From assembly GCA_028293125.1 (NCBI GenBank), contig JAQGPJ010000003.1, positions 16,453 to 80,452 of the forward strand: DNA of 64,000 nucleotides, read 5' to 3'. Source of the DNA: Verrucomicrobiales bacterium (GTDB taxonomy: Bacteria > Verrucomicrobiota > Verrucomicrobiia > Verrucomicrobiales > V1-33). Under the pieces are notes generated by a model, which ran no database searches, was not told the DNA's origin, and worked only from the letters and a program-made list of their open reading frames with translations. Positions within the stretch are counted from its first letter, which is position 1, and each line of letters opens with the position of its first letter. Positions 49,062-58,573 of the stretch are shown here, piece by piece. The translations under genes were made by a program, and so were the position numbers.

Positions 49062-50039
49062 ATGGCAGAACTCCCAGTGGAAACCTTTCTTCAGGAAATC
49101 CGGACGCGGATCGCGAAAGTCGTCGTGGGACAGGAGGTGGTGGTGGAGAGACTGTTGATTGCTTTGTTAAGCGGCGGGCATCTTCTGCTTCAGGGAATGC
49201 CCGGTCTGGCGAAAACGCTGCTGGTGGACACTCTGGCCAAGACTATTGACCTCAAGTTCTCGCGCGTGCAGTTCACCATCGACCTGCTGCCCTCGGACAT
49301 CGTGGGATCGGAAATTCTCGATCAGCGCTCCGGCGATTTCCGCACCCGCAAGGGGCCCGTCTTCACCAACCTGCTGCTGGCCGACGAAATCAACCGCGCG
49401 GCCCCCAAGGTGCAGAGCGCCCTGCTGGAGGCCATGCAGGAGCGGCGGGTGACCATCGGCAACGAGACCTTCACGCTGCCACAGCCCTTTCTGGTCATCG
49501 CCACCCAGAACCCGGTGGAGCAGAGCGGCACTTTTGAACTGCCGGAGGCGCAGCTGGACCGCTTCATGATGTGCCATCGCCTGGACTATCCCACCGTGGA
49601 GGAGGAGGAGGAGGTGCTGCGGCGGAATCTGGGGCTAGGGCTGAAGCGGGATGCCAGCGGCGCGGCGGTGGCGCGCACGGAGTTCGATGTGCTCACCCAC
49701 CAGCCCGCGGGAACGGCGCAGGATCTGTTCCGGGCCATGGAGGCGGTGCATTCCGTGCATGTCAGCGAGGTCTTTCAGAAGCATGTGATCGAGTTGATTC
49801 AGCGCACCCGCAGGGAGCCCCGGCTGGATTTCGGATGCAGTCCCCGCGGGGGCATCGCCATCACCAAGGCGGCCCGCGCCCGGGCCTGCCTGACCGGTCG
49901 GACCTACGTGGTGCCGGAGGATTTATTCGCGCTGGCGGAGGACATTGTGCTCCACCGGGTTAGGCTGAAGTATGAGGCGCTCGCCGAGGGACACACCGGA
50001 CGGGAGGTCCTGCAGTCGATCCTGAACCAGATGGGCTGA
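49062..50039 (+). CDS. MoxR-family AAA+ ATPase
   Basis: Walker A (LLLQGMPGLAKT), Walker B (LLADEINRA), and a sensor region (FLVIATQNPVEQSGTFELPEAQLDRF). The start is placed at ATG 49062. Confidence 0.93.
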   Translation: MAELPVETFLQEIRTRIAKVVVGQEVVVERLLIALLSGGHLLLQGMPGLAKTLLVDTLAKTIDLKFSRVQFTIDLLPSDIVGSEILDQRSGDFRTRKGPVFTNLLLADEINRAAPKVQSALLEAMQERRVTIGNETFTLPQPFLVIATQNPVEQSGTFELPEAQLDRFMMCHRLDYPTVEEEEEVLRRNLGLGLKRDASGAAVARTEFDVLTHQPAGTAQDLFRAMEAVHSVHVSEVFQKHVIELIQRTRREPRLDFGCSPRGGIAITKAARARACLTGRTYVVPEDLFALAEDIVLHRVRLKYEALAEGHTGREVLQSILNQMG

Positions 50040-50068
50040 AGTTTTCCTTTCTTTTATATTCATTCTCC

Positions 50069-50971
50069 ATGAATCCGATCACCGGCATCCCCGACCCTCC
50101 ACTTGGCCGGGATGAGCTGATGCTGCCGCCGGTGGATCCACTGGACAGCCGGCAGTTCCAACTGGCCGTGAAACGGCTGGCCGACAGCCTCAACTTCGGT
50201 GCCGACAAGTCGCCGTTCCTCGGCTCCGGGCAGGAGTATGTACAGTCCCGGCCCTACGAGCCCGGCGATCCCATCAAGGCCATGGACTGGCGGGTGACGG
50301 CCCGCACGGGCAAGGCCTATGTGAAGGAATACGAGGCCCCCAAACGCATGCCGGTATGGCTGCTGATTGACACCTCGGCCTCCATGGCGGTCTCCTCCGC
50401 GCCGCTCAGCAAATACGCGTGGGCGGTCCGGATTGCCGGCGGTCTGGCCTTGTCATCACTGGACCGAGGCAGCCCGGCCGGGGTGCTGACCGTCGGGGGA
50501 CGGGATCTGCGGCTGGAGCCGAGTCTGTCGCGCGACCGGGTGATGCAGTGGCTGCACGCCCTGCGGCGGCACCGGATCACAGAGCCCACCACCCTTTCCC
50601 GCCGCCTGGCGGAACTCGCCCCGGCGCTGGCGGGCCGCTGCATGCTGGTGGTGCTGAGCGACCTGCACGATCCTTGCGCGGTGGCGGCGCTGAAGCTGGC
50701 CGCGCAGCGGCATGAAACCATCGTCATTCAACTGACCGATCCGGCGGAGGCCCCGGTGCGCGGCGCGGGGTTTTTCCGGGTGCGGGAGGCGGAGTCGGGC
50801 CGCGAGTATCTGTCGCAGGGCCGAGGGAGCCAGCTGGATTTTGACGGCACCGCCGGCACCCTCCGGCGCGCGGGGGTGGACCATCTGCGTCTGGTGACCG
50901 ATGGACCGGTGCTGGCCCCGCTGCGGGAATTTGTGAAGAACCGTGGAGCCTCCGCCCGCACCGTCCGCTAG
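50069..50971 (+). CDS. DUF58-family protein (MoxR partner, VWA-like fold)
   Basis: Has the characteristic block RPYEPGDPIKAMDWRVTARTGKAYVKEYE followed by LLIDTSASM. It starts 30 nt after the MoxR gene. Confidence 0.88.
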   Translation: MNPITGIPDPPLGRDELMLPPVDPLDSRQFQLAVKRLADSLNFGADKSPFLGSGQEYVQSRPYEPGDPIKAMDWRVTARTGKAYVKEYEAPKRMPVWLLIDTSASMAVSSAPLSKYAWAVRIAGGLALSSLDRGSPAGVLTVGGRDLRLEPSLSRDRVMQWLHALRRHRITEPTTLSRRLAELAPALAGRCMLVVLSDLHDPCAVAALKLAAQRHETIVIQLTDPAEAPVRGAGFFRVREAESGREYLSQGRGSQLDFDGTAGTLRRAGVDHLRLVTDGPVLAPLREFVKNRGASARTVR

Positions 50972-51000
50972 ACCGGGACTGACAGCCTTCCCCTTTTCTC

Positions 51001-51807
51001 ATGCCGCGCCCGTTTTTCAAAATCATCCTGCTGACGGCTCTGTTCCAGCTGCCGTCCGTTTCCTCCGCTCCGGCCGCGCCGGTGCCGGTGGGCCGCGCTT
51101 TTGACATGGGGGAGGTGCTGATCCCCGGTCCGGAGCTGCGGGCCAAGCCTCTGGACAGCAATCCGTCCCGCGCCGTGGTGCGCATCAAAGCCGTGTATCC
51201 CCACGGGACGGCGGGCTTCCGCTATGAGCTGGTGGTCATCCCCATGGTGCCGGGACCGCTGAATGTGGCAGATTTTCTGGAGCCGGCGGATGGCAATCCG
51301 CCTGCGGCCCCGCTGCCGGCCATTCTCTTGGAGGCCGAAGGCGTCCTGCCGCCCGGTCCGCCCTCGCTGCTGGCGGATCCGCTGCCCCTCAACCCGGCTC
51401 CGGTCGGTGGCTACAGTAAAGTTCTTCCCTGGCTGGCCCTGGGCTGGCTGCTGCTGGGCATGGGGCTGCTGTGGAGCCTGAGGAAAAAAGCTGCCGTCAC
51501 TGCAGAGGCGGAGGCTCCGGGGCCGGCCCCGGAGGACCGCCTGCGCCTGCTGGTGGAGGGTGCTTTGGAGCGACCCCTGAATGTGGATGAAAAAGCGGAG
51601 ATCGAGCGCCTGATCCTGATCCGCGAGCGGCAGCGGCTCAACCTGGCCGGCGCAGCTGATCCCGCCGTCTGGCAGGCGTTGCGATCCGATCCGGCGTCCG
51701 CGCCGTGGCTTTCCACGCTGGAATCCTGGCTGCACCGCCCCGCCGGCCCGCCGCCGGCGGAGCACGACCTCCGCGCCCTTCTCCAATCCCTTCGTCCTGT
51801 TCCGTGA
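51001..51807 (+). CDS. membrane protein of the Bat-type operon (position-equivalent to DUF4381-type proteins)
   Basis: Has a signal peptide (KIILLTALFQLPSVSSA), a central TM (VLPWLALGWLLLGMGLLWSL), and a helical C-terminus. The assignment rests on operon position only. Confidence 0.35.
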   Translation: MPRPFFKIILLTALFQLPSVSSAPAAPVPVGRAFDMGEVLIPGPELRAKPLDSNPSRAVVRIKAVYPHGTAGFRYELVVIPMVPGPLNVADFLEPADGNPPAAPLPAILLEAEGVLPPGPPSLLADPLPLNPAPVGGYSKVLPWLALGWLLLGMGLLWSLRKKAAVTAEAEAPGPAPEDRLRLLVEGALERPLNVDEKAEIERLILIRERQRLNLAGAADPAVWQALRSDPASAPWLSTLESWLHRPAGPPPAEHDLRALLQSLRPVP

Positions 51808-52724
51808 TCTCCTTCGCCCATCCCTGGCTGCTGGCCCTGCTGGTGCTGCCAATCGCGCTTTTTCTGCGCGGCTGGCGGCGGCACGGGGCAGGGGTGGTGG
51901 TGCCCTATGATCATGCCCCGGCGCGGCCCCGGAAGTTTCTGTGGTTTCTCCTGCGGCTGGTGTCCTCCCTGCCGGTGCTGATTCTGGCGGTGGTCATTCT
52001 GCTGCTGGCCGGCCCGTTGCGCTTCAGTGAGCCCCGCGCCCGCCGCATCATGACCAACATCGAGTTCCTCGTGGATGTCTCCGGCTCCATGACCTCGCCC
52101 TATGGCGATGGAAACCGTTACGACGGGGCCATGGACAGCATCATGAAGTTCATCGACGCCCGCAACGGCGACTCCTTCGGACTGACTGTTTTCGGCACCG
52201 ACGTCCTGCACTGGGTGCCTCTGACCTCCGATCCCAGCGTCCTGAAATGCGCTCCGGAATTCCTCTCGCCCCTGAAGCTGCCGAACTGGTTCGGCGGCGG
52301 CACCATGATCGGCATGGGGCTGGAGTCCAGCCTGACGGCGCTCGAGGCGCGCGCCGATGGCGACCGCATGATCATTCTGCTGACCGACGGCTACAGCTTC
52401 GATCTGGCCAACGGCAACGACGAGATTATCGCCCGTAAGCTGAAGAACGCCAACATCACCGTTTACTGCATTCACATCGACAACAGCGCCCCTCCGGACG
52501 AGGTGCAGCTCATCGCCTCCATGACCGGCGGCAAAACCTTCAGCGCCGGCGATCCGGGCACCCTTGGCGCGGTCTTTGCCACCATCGACACCATGAAGAA
52601 AGCCCGCATGGAGCAGATGAGCGGTGAAAGCCTGGATGATTTCCGCCCGTGGGCTCTTGCGGGCGGCGGACTGGTGCTCGCTTCCCTGCTGGCCTCATTC
52701 GGATTCCGATTCACCCCATGGTAG
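51804..52724 (+). CDS. batA: VWA-domain membrane protein, BatA-like
   Basis: A GTG start at 51804 forms a GTGA overlap with the upstream stop. It has a BatA-like N-terminus (ISFAHPWLLALLVLPIALFL), two TMs, and the VWA MIDAS motif (LVDVSGSM), with a C-terminal TM. Confidence 0.8.
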   Translation: MISFAHPWLLALLVLPIALFLRGWRRHGAGVVVPYDHAPARPRKFLWFLLRLVSSLPVLILAVVILLLAGPLRFSEPRARRIMTNIEFLVDVSGSMTSPYGDGNRYDGAMDSIMKFIDARNGDSFGLTVFGTDVLHWVPLTSDPSVLKCAPEFLSPLKLPNWFGGGTMIGMGLESSLTALEARADGDRMIILLTDGYSFDLANGNDEIIARKLKNANITVYCIHIDNSAPPDEVQLIASMTGGKTFSAGDPGTLGAVFATIDTMKKARMEQMSGESLDDFRPWALAGGGLVLASLLASFGFRFTPW

Positions 52725-53785
52725 CCCTTCCGGAAATCCTCGCTGTCATTGCCGCGCTGGCCACCGCCGGTGCCGAGGCCCTGCACGCGCGCCGGCTGCG
52801 GCGGGTGGGACCTCTGCTCTTCGGCCCGGGAGCCGCGCCGCGCCGCTGGACCCGCGCCGCTGGACCGCTGCGGGCCTTGGCCATGGCGGCGCTGGCCTGG
52901 GGGCTGACCAGCCTTTATCTGGAGGAGCCGCACTCCCATAAAGCGCGCGAGGCCGCGCCCAACCAGCAGCGGCATGTGATCCTGGTGCTGGATGTCTCGC
53001 CCAGCATGAAGCTGGAGGATGCGGGGGCCGACGGCAAGCAGGCGCGCTCCAAACGGGCCGGGGATCTGATGCGGTCCTTTTTCCAGCGGGTGCCCATGGA
53101 ACTGGTGCGCCTGACAGTGGTGGCCACCTACACCTCCGCCAAGCCCGTGGTCATTGACACCCGCGATGTGGGAGTGGTGAGGAACATCGTGGACGGCCTG
53201 CCACTGTCCCACGCCTTCACCAGCGGCAAGACAGACATCTTTTCCGGTCTGAAGGAGGCCGCCCGCATCGCCCAGCCTTGGGAGCGGAACAGCACCACTA
53301 TCCTGGTCCTGAGCGACGGCGACAGCGTGCCGGCCACGGGCATGCCGCACATGCCGCCATCCGTCAGCGGCGTGGTGGTGGCCGGAGTGGGCAATCCCCG
53401 CACCGGCAAATTCATCAATGGCCACCAGTCCCGGCAGGATGCCGCCACCCTGGGACAGATTGCGGTGCGGCTGAAAGGGACGTATTTTGACGGCAATGCC
53501 CATGAACTGCCCACCGACATGCTGCGCCAGATCACATCGGTGCCGGAGCCGGGTATTTTCGAACGGCTCTCCCGCCGGGAATACGCCCTCATCTGCGTGG
53601 CCGCCGGCAGCCTGCTGCTGGCGGGACTGCCGCTGGCCCTTGCCAGGATGGGCACTGGCTGGAGGCCCGGCTTCCGTCCCCTTGCCTCTCCGACTTTGAA
53701 GAAACCCTCAACGCCGCGCTCCGCGGCACCCGCCCTGCCAAAAACCAAAACCAAACCTGAATCCAACCTGACAACAAAACTATGA
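52718..53785 (+). CDS. batB: VWA-domain membrane protein, BatB-like
   Basis: ATG 52718 overlaps the batA stop by 7 nt. It has N-terminal TMs, the VWA MIDAS motif (LVLDVSPSM), a C-terminal TM, and a basic tail. Confidence 0.8.
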   Translation: MVALPEILAVIAALATAGAEALHARRLRRVGPLLFGPGAAPRRWTRAAGPLRALAMAALAWGLTSLYLEEPHSHKAREAAPNQQRHVILVLDVSPSMKLEDAGADGKQARSKRAGDLMRSFFQRVPMELVRLTVVATYTSAKPVVIDTRDVGVVRNIVDGLPLSHAFTSGKTDIFSGLKEAARIAQPWERNSTTILVLSDGDSVPATGMPHMPPSVSGVVVAGVGNPRTGKFINGHQSRQDAATLGQIAVRLKGTYFDGNAHELPTDMLRQITSVPEPGIFERLSRREYALICVAAGSLLLAGLPLALARMGTGWRPGFRPLASPTLKKPSTPRSAAPALPKTKTKPESNLTTKL

Positions 53786-54474
53786 AACTAACCCTGCTGA
53801 TTCTCTGGCTCTCCGTGCCGGTGCTGTGGGCCGCCTGGCATTACGGCCCCGGCCAGGAAGCCCTGAAGCTTGACAAATCCGACGCCGCGCTTGCCGCCGC
53901 CACCGCCGCCCTCTCGCGCGAGGATTCGGAGGCCGCCATCGCCTCCTATGACGAGGCCCTTGCCGCTCTGCCGAAGGAATCAACCGCCCAGGCCTACCGC
54001 ATCCGCCTCGCCCGCTGCCAGGCCCAGCTGGCCGGCCAGCAGCTGCCCGAGGCCGACCGCGATCTGGAGATCCTGCACGCCGACCTGTCCGCCGATCCCG
54101 CAGCCCCCGCCGGCCTGCTGAATGGCACTGAGGAGGCCCTGGCCAACACCGGTTACTACATGACCTGGCTGATGCGTCTGGAGGGCCAACCCCGTGAGTT
54201 CTGGGAGCCGCAGATCGAAAAATCCCGTCAGAATTTCCGTCGTCTGGCGGAAACCGGACCCTCCACCGACAAGGCGCGTTATCAGAAAAACCTGGAAAAT
54301 TCTCTTCGTTTGGCGCAGATGGACCTGACGGAACTGCAGGGTCTGCCCCTGCCCAAACAGTGCAAAAACTGCAAGTCCGGGCGCTGCAACAATCCCGGCA
54401 AAAAAGTTGTCAAGAAGCCTGTGGATTCCCGCAAAGCCGGCGGTGGTCCTCCCGCTGACGGTGAAGGCAGCTAA
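53782..54474 (+). CDS. TPR-like membrane-anchored protein, BatC-like
   Basis: An ATGA overlap links it to the batB-like gene. It has an N-terminal TM (LTLLILWLSVPVLWAAW), Ala-rich TPR-like helices, and a Cys/Lys-rich C-terminus (CKNCKSGRC). The assignment is mainly positional. Confidence 0.5.
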   Translation: MKLTLLILWLSVPVLWAAWHYGPGQEALKLDKSDAALAAATAALSREDSEAAIASYDEALAALPKESTAQAYRIRLARCQAQLAGQQLPEADRDLEILHADLSADPAAPAGLLNGTEEALANTGYYMTWLMRLEGQPREFWEPQIEKSRQNFRRLAETGPSTDKARYQKNLENSLRLAQMDLTELQGLPLPKQCKNCKSGRCNNPGKKVVKKPVDSRKAGGGPPADGEGS

Positions 54475-54571
54475 CCAGGACCAGGACGGCTGATTGATCC
54501 GCCGGTCAAAGGCGGTCCCGGTCCAAGCCAGTCCGCCTTCCGCTCCGCTGTCCCTTTTTCAATGAAACAGC

Positions 54572-54610
54572 GCGGTCCACCACCGGATTGAACATCCGGT
54601 GATGGACCGC
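54572..54610 (+). other. strong intra-operon hairpin (17-bp stem, 1 mismatch)
   Basis: gcggtccaccaccggat-tgaac-atccggtgatggaccgc. No U-run follows. It lies in the 250-nt spacer before the 1266-aa gene. Confidence 0.5.
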
Positions 54611-54723
54611 CGCTCCCCGCCTGTGCCAACACCACAGCTCTGCCGGCCTGGCTTCCGGCACTTTCGGCAGACCGCGCCCGAAATTTCCGCTTCCCGATTT
54701 TTCCCTCCTTCGAATTTTCCGTC

Positions 54724-57700
54724 ATGTCCCGTGTTCTTTCCCGTGCTGTCCTTGCAGCCGCTGCGCTGAGCGCCGCCGCCGTCTCCGCCTCAGCCCAGAC
54801 CACCGCCCCCATTCCCGCCACAGTGATTATCCCGGCGGCCCCGGCTGCCGAACCCGCCAAGCCGGCCACCGCCGAGGCGGCTCCGGGAGCGACGCCGGCA
54901 CCGGGCACCCCCGCTGCCGCCACTCCGATCGCGACACCTGCGACACCTGCGACACCCCCCGTGCCGCCGATGCTGGACAGTCTTAAGAAAGCCACTTTCA
55001 CCCGTTTCCCGGCGGATGCCTTCCGTGAGTGGTCCGCCGCCGCCAACCCGGTGCCTCCCCCTCCTGCCTCCCCTCCCGTGGAGGGAGCCCCGCCGCCTGA
55101 TCCCAACGCCCCGGCAGTGGAGGCCCTGCGGAAGGATGTGGGACTGGGCAACTGGCCCGCCCTGGGAGCCTTTTTCAAAAAGAACTTTCCGGAAAAGCCG
55201 GAGGACGCCAAACAGGCGTGGAAGCACATCCTGAACGCCTTGGCCACCCAAGGGGGGCCGGGGATGAAACCCAAAGCCCTGACTCCGCAGATGCAGATGA
55301 TGGGCATGGGCGGGGATGGCGGCCAACCACCCAAGGACATGAATGTGCTGTCGCCGGACGATGTGCTCAACCTCGCGGAGCAGTGCCCGTTTCCCCTTGA
55401 GAAGGACAAAGAGACCCTGGAGCAGCTGGGCAAGTTGCTGGCCGGGGCCATCGACCGGGGTTTTGTGCCGGATGAATCCATCCGCCGGCTGGACCAGGGC
55501 ACAGCCAACCTCGGCGGGACCGACACCGCCAAACGCCGCGACGCCGCCCGCCTGCTGGTGGCCGCCGGCCTGCGCATCGAGGCCGAACCCTTCCTGGCCA
55601 AACAGGCCGACGCCCTGGCGGCCAAGGACACCGCCACCTTGAATCTGCTGGCCATGGCGGCGGAGGGCCGGTTCGCGAAGGACGGCAAGCCGGAGGATCT
55701 GGAGAAAGCCTGGCGCATCACCCAGGATGCGCTGTCGGTGCCGGATGCGGTGGCCGCCGAGCGCCAGGCCGCCCTGCGGCGGGCCGTGGAGCTGGCCCCG
55801 AAGGTGAAGGTGGAGCTGGGCGGGCAATGGCTGTCGGACAGCTTCACCGCCAAACCGGCGCTGGGCATGGAGATCCTGGCCGGCATCGGCATCGCCACGG
55901 CGGAGAGCCGCAAGGTGCCGGACCCGGAGCCGCGCCGGCAGAATCTGGAACTGCAGAACCGGGCGGTGAACGCCCTGCTGAAGGCCTCGCCCGAGCGCGT
56001 GAAGGAGTGGAAAACCACCCTGACCCTGCTGGCCATGAATTGGCTCAGCGAGGCGGAGTGGACCCAGGCGCGCGACAACTCATCCTCACGCGGCCCCCAG
56101 ATGCAGTATGATATGTATGGCAACGTGTTTTTCGGCGAGATGCAGGAGAACATGGGCGGCCAGCCCGGGGTCCGGCGTCCGGTCAAGGCGGGGGACATCC
56201 TAACGCTGGCCCCCGGCGATGTCTGGATCGGGGCGGTGGATTCCAGCCTTCAGCCCGCGCTTCTGACCCAGCTGGCAAATCTCCAGCTGAAGGTGAAGAT
56301 GGAGAAGGAAGCCTTTCCCTACATCGAAAAGCTCGCGGCCTTCAACGCCCGCGAGGCCCGCGAGCTGGCGGACCGGTTTATTGAGGTCTGGGGGGAAAAT
56401 CATGATCCCAACGCCGACAAAAACCGCACGAACCGCTATATGTTCATCTATGGCTACAATCCGCAGGCCGATGGCATTCCGCTGACGCGCTCCCGCCAGG
56501 AGCGGAATCTGGAGGAGCTGGCCGGGTGGGTGAAAAAGCTGCGGGCTCTGCCGCTGGGCGGACTGGACGAGGGCAAAATCGCCCAAGCCTTCATGCGCAC
56601 CCACAGCAGCGCCGAGGTCTTCCGCTTGGAGAACATTACCAAGGTTTTCGGCGTCATGGATCAGCTGAAGCCGGAGACCCTGGCTGCCATCCTCCAGACC
56701 ATGAGGCAAAATCTGGCCACAGTCTGGCGCAGCCCGAAGGAGCAGCAGCAGAAAAAAACCAACCGCACCGACAAGGAGATCGAGGCCGAGGTCGCGCGGG
56801 GGTACGGTGTCACCAACACGGTTCTGAACGAGGCGCGCTCGCGCTACCCTGAAGACTGGCGGCTGCTGCTGGTCCAGGCGGCGCTGATGCTGGACAGCAC
56901 CAACTTCGCAAATGAAAAAGCCCGGGACTCCTCCTTCACCAAGGAGCGGGACGGGTCATTCGCGGCTTTCGCCAAGGCGGCGGAGCTGTATGCCAAAGCA
57001 CTGCCCGGTCTGGAGCAGAAGGACCAGAGCGTGGATGTTTATCTGACTTGGTTCTACGCCAGCCTTGGAGCCAGTGATCTGGAGGCGGTGAAGGCGGAGC
57101 AGACTCCGGATCCCAAACAGGTGCCGCTGATCCGGGCCGCTCTGGAGTCGCTGCCGGGCGAGGCCAGGCAGCGTCATGAAACCCTTTTCGCCAACGCCCT
57201 CGCCACCCGCATGACAGCGGCGGCCCCGGCGGTGAAGCACCGCTATCTTTCCCAGGGCCTGCCCATCGCCGGCGAGAACGAGCGCGCCCGCGAGCCCCGC
57301 CAGCTGATGGCCTATTACTCCGATCTGGTCACGGAAATCCGTCTTCAGAGCGCCATCGACGGACCGGACACCGTGGGCACGGAGCCGTTCGGGGTTTTTG
57401 TCAATATACGCCACACCACCCAGATCGAACGCGAGGCCGGCGGGTTTCAGAAATACCTTCAGAATCAGAACGCCGGCATGGGCTTCTACAACTTCGGCCG
57501 CCCGCCGGAGAACTACCGCGACAAATTTGAGGAGGCCGCCCGCGAGGCGCTGAAGGAGAGCTTCGAGGTGCTGTCGGTGACCTTCCACGCCGACAAGGTG
57601 AAATCTGCCGGCGATCCCGAGGAGGGCTGGCGGGTCACGCCCTATTGCTACCTGCTGCTCAAAGCCAAGGGACCGCAGACCGATTCCCTGCCGCCTCTGA

Positions 57701-58524
57701 AGCTGAATCTGGATTTCATGGACACCTCCGGCTATGCGGTGCTGCCCATCGAATCCAACAAAATCCCTCTGGATGCCGGCCACTCCGCCGCCCGTCCCGC
57801 GCTGGCCATCGAGGCCCAGCAGATTCTTGATGAGCGCAAGGCGGACACCGGGGTGCTCGGGCTGGAGATCAAAGCCACGGCCCGCGGCCTGGTGCCGGCG
57901 CTGGATACCCTGTTCGACTTGAAGCCCGCCGGCTTTGATATTGAGGAGATCGATGATCAGGGCGTGCGGGTCACCCAGCTGGATGACGGCGAGGCGCATC
58001 CCGAGAACTTTGGTGCCCCGGTCTCTGAGCGGCTGTGGACCGTGACTCTGAAAGCCTCTGCCGGTCAGCCCGCGCCGGCGAAGAGATTTACTTTTGCCCA
58101 GCCCAAATCGCCGGAGGTGAAGACCCTCTTCATGCGCTACGCCGATGCTGATCTTCAGGAGGTGCCGGCCACTGTCAGCTTGGAGAAGACCTATGGCAGG
58201 CGCAGCCACGCCGGATGGTGGCAGGCGCTGGGGGCTGCAGTGACGGCCGCCGCCGTCTGGTTTGTGCTGCGCGCCCGCGCGGGGAAATCCGTTTCCCAAA
58301 CCAAGGGCGACATCGAGGCCCCCGAGGAAATCAACCCGCTGACGGTAATGGCGCTGCTGCGCCGCATCCGCAGCAGCGGGCGTCTCAAGCCCGAGGCCGC
58401 CGCCGAGCTGACGCGCACCCTGACACACATGGAGGAGCACTACTACGCTCCATCCCGCGAGTCCCACAGCCCCGACCTTCAGGCCGCCGTCGCGGAATGG
58501 ATGCGCCGGGCGTCCGCAGCCTGA
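54724..58524 (+). CDS. very large secreted, C-terminally membrane-anchored protein in the BatD position
   Basis: 1266 aa with a signal peptide (VLAAAALSAAAVSASAQ) and an Ala/Pro-rich segment. About 750 aa of helical sequence follow, then a beta-rich region (FGVFVNIRHTTQIERE..., LPPLKLNLDFMDTSGYAVLPIES), a TM (WWQALGAAVTAAAVWFVL), and a ~70-aa tail. The BatD relationship is inferred from operon position and C-terminal topology. Confidence 0.55.
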   Translation: MSRVLSRAVLAAAALSAAAVSASAQTTAPIPATVIIPAAPAAEPAKPATAEAAPGATPAPGTPAAATPIATPATPATPPVPPMLDSLKKATFTRFPADAFREWSAAANPVPPPPASPPVEGAPPPDPNAPAVEALRKDVGLGNWPALGAFFKKNFPEKPEDAKQAWKHILNALATQGGPGMKPKALTPQMQMMGMGGDGGQPPKDMNVLSPDDVLNLAEQCPFPLEKDKETLEQLGKLLAGAIDRGFVPDESIRRLDQGTANLGGTDTAKRRDAARLLVAAGLRIEAEPFLAKQADALAAKDTATLNLLAMAAEGRFAKDGKPEDLEKAWRITQDALSVPDAVAAERQAALRRAVELAPKVKVELGGQWLSDSFTAKPALGMEILAGIGIATAESRKVPDPEPRRQNLELQNRAVNALLKASPERVKEWKTTLTLLAMNWLSEAEWTQARDNSSSRGPQMQYDMYGNVFFGEMQENMGGQPGVRRPVKAGDILTLAPGDVWIGAVDSSLQPALLTQLANLQLKVKMEKEAFPYIEKLAAFNAREARELADRFIEVWGENHDPNADKNRTNRYMFIYGYNPQADGIPLTRSRQERNLEELAGWVKKLRALPLGGLDEGKIAQAFMRTHSSAEVFRLENITKVFGVMDQLKPETLAAILQTMRQNLATVWRSPKEQQQKKTNRTDKEIEAEVARGYGVTNTVLNEARSRYPEDWRLLLVQAALMLDSTNFANEKARDSSFTKERDGSFAAFAKAAELYAKALPGLEQKDQSVDVYLTWFYASLGASDLEAVKAEQTPDPKQVPLIRAALESLPGEARQRHETLFANALATRMTAAAPAVKHRYLSQGLPIAGENERAREPRQLMAYYSDLVTEIRLQSAIDGPDTVGTEPFGVFVNIRHTTQIEREAGGFQKYLQNQNAGMGFYNFGRPPENYRDKFEEAAREALKESFEVLSVTFHADKVKSAGDPEEGWRVTPYCYLLLKAKGPQTDSLPPLKLNLDFMDTSGYAVLPIESNKIPLDAGHSAARPALAIEAQQILDERKADTGVLGLEIKATARGLVPALDTLFDLKPAGFDIEEIDDQGVRVTQLDDGEAHPENFGAPVSERLWTVTLKASAGQPAPAKRFTFAQPKSPEVKTLFMRYADADLQEVPATVSLEKTYGRRSHAGWWQALGAAVTAAAVWFVLRARAGKSVSQTKGDIEAPEEINPLTVMALLRRIRSSGRLKPEAAAELTRTLTHMEEHYYAPSRESHSPDLQAAVAEWMRRASAA

Positions 58525-58573
58525 CCGTGACATGGCCGCAGCCGGGGGAAAAAATCTGAAGCTTTGCCGGCGT

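Noticed and set aside
54471-58533. Minus-strand ORFs (575 aa at 54471-56198 and 525 aa at 56956-58533) opposite the BatD-position gene
   Set aside because: They have shadow-ORF composition. The plus-strand frame is continuous for 1266 aa, with a signal peptide and a C-terminal TM.
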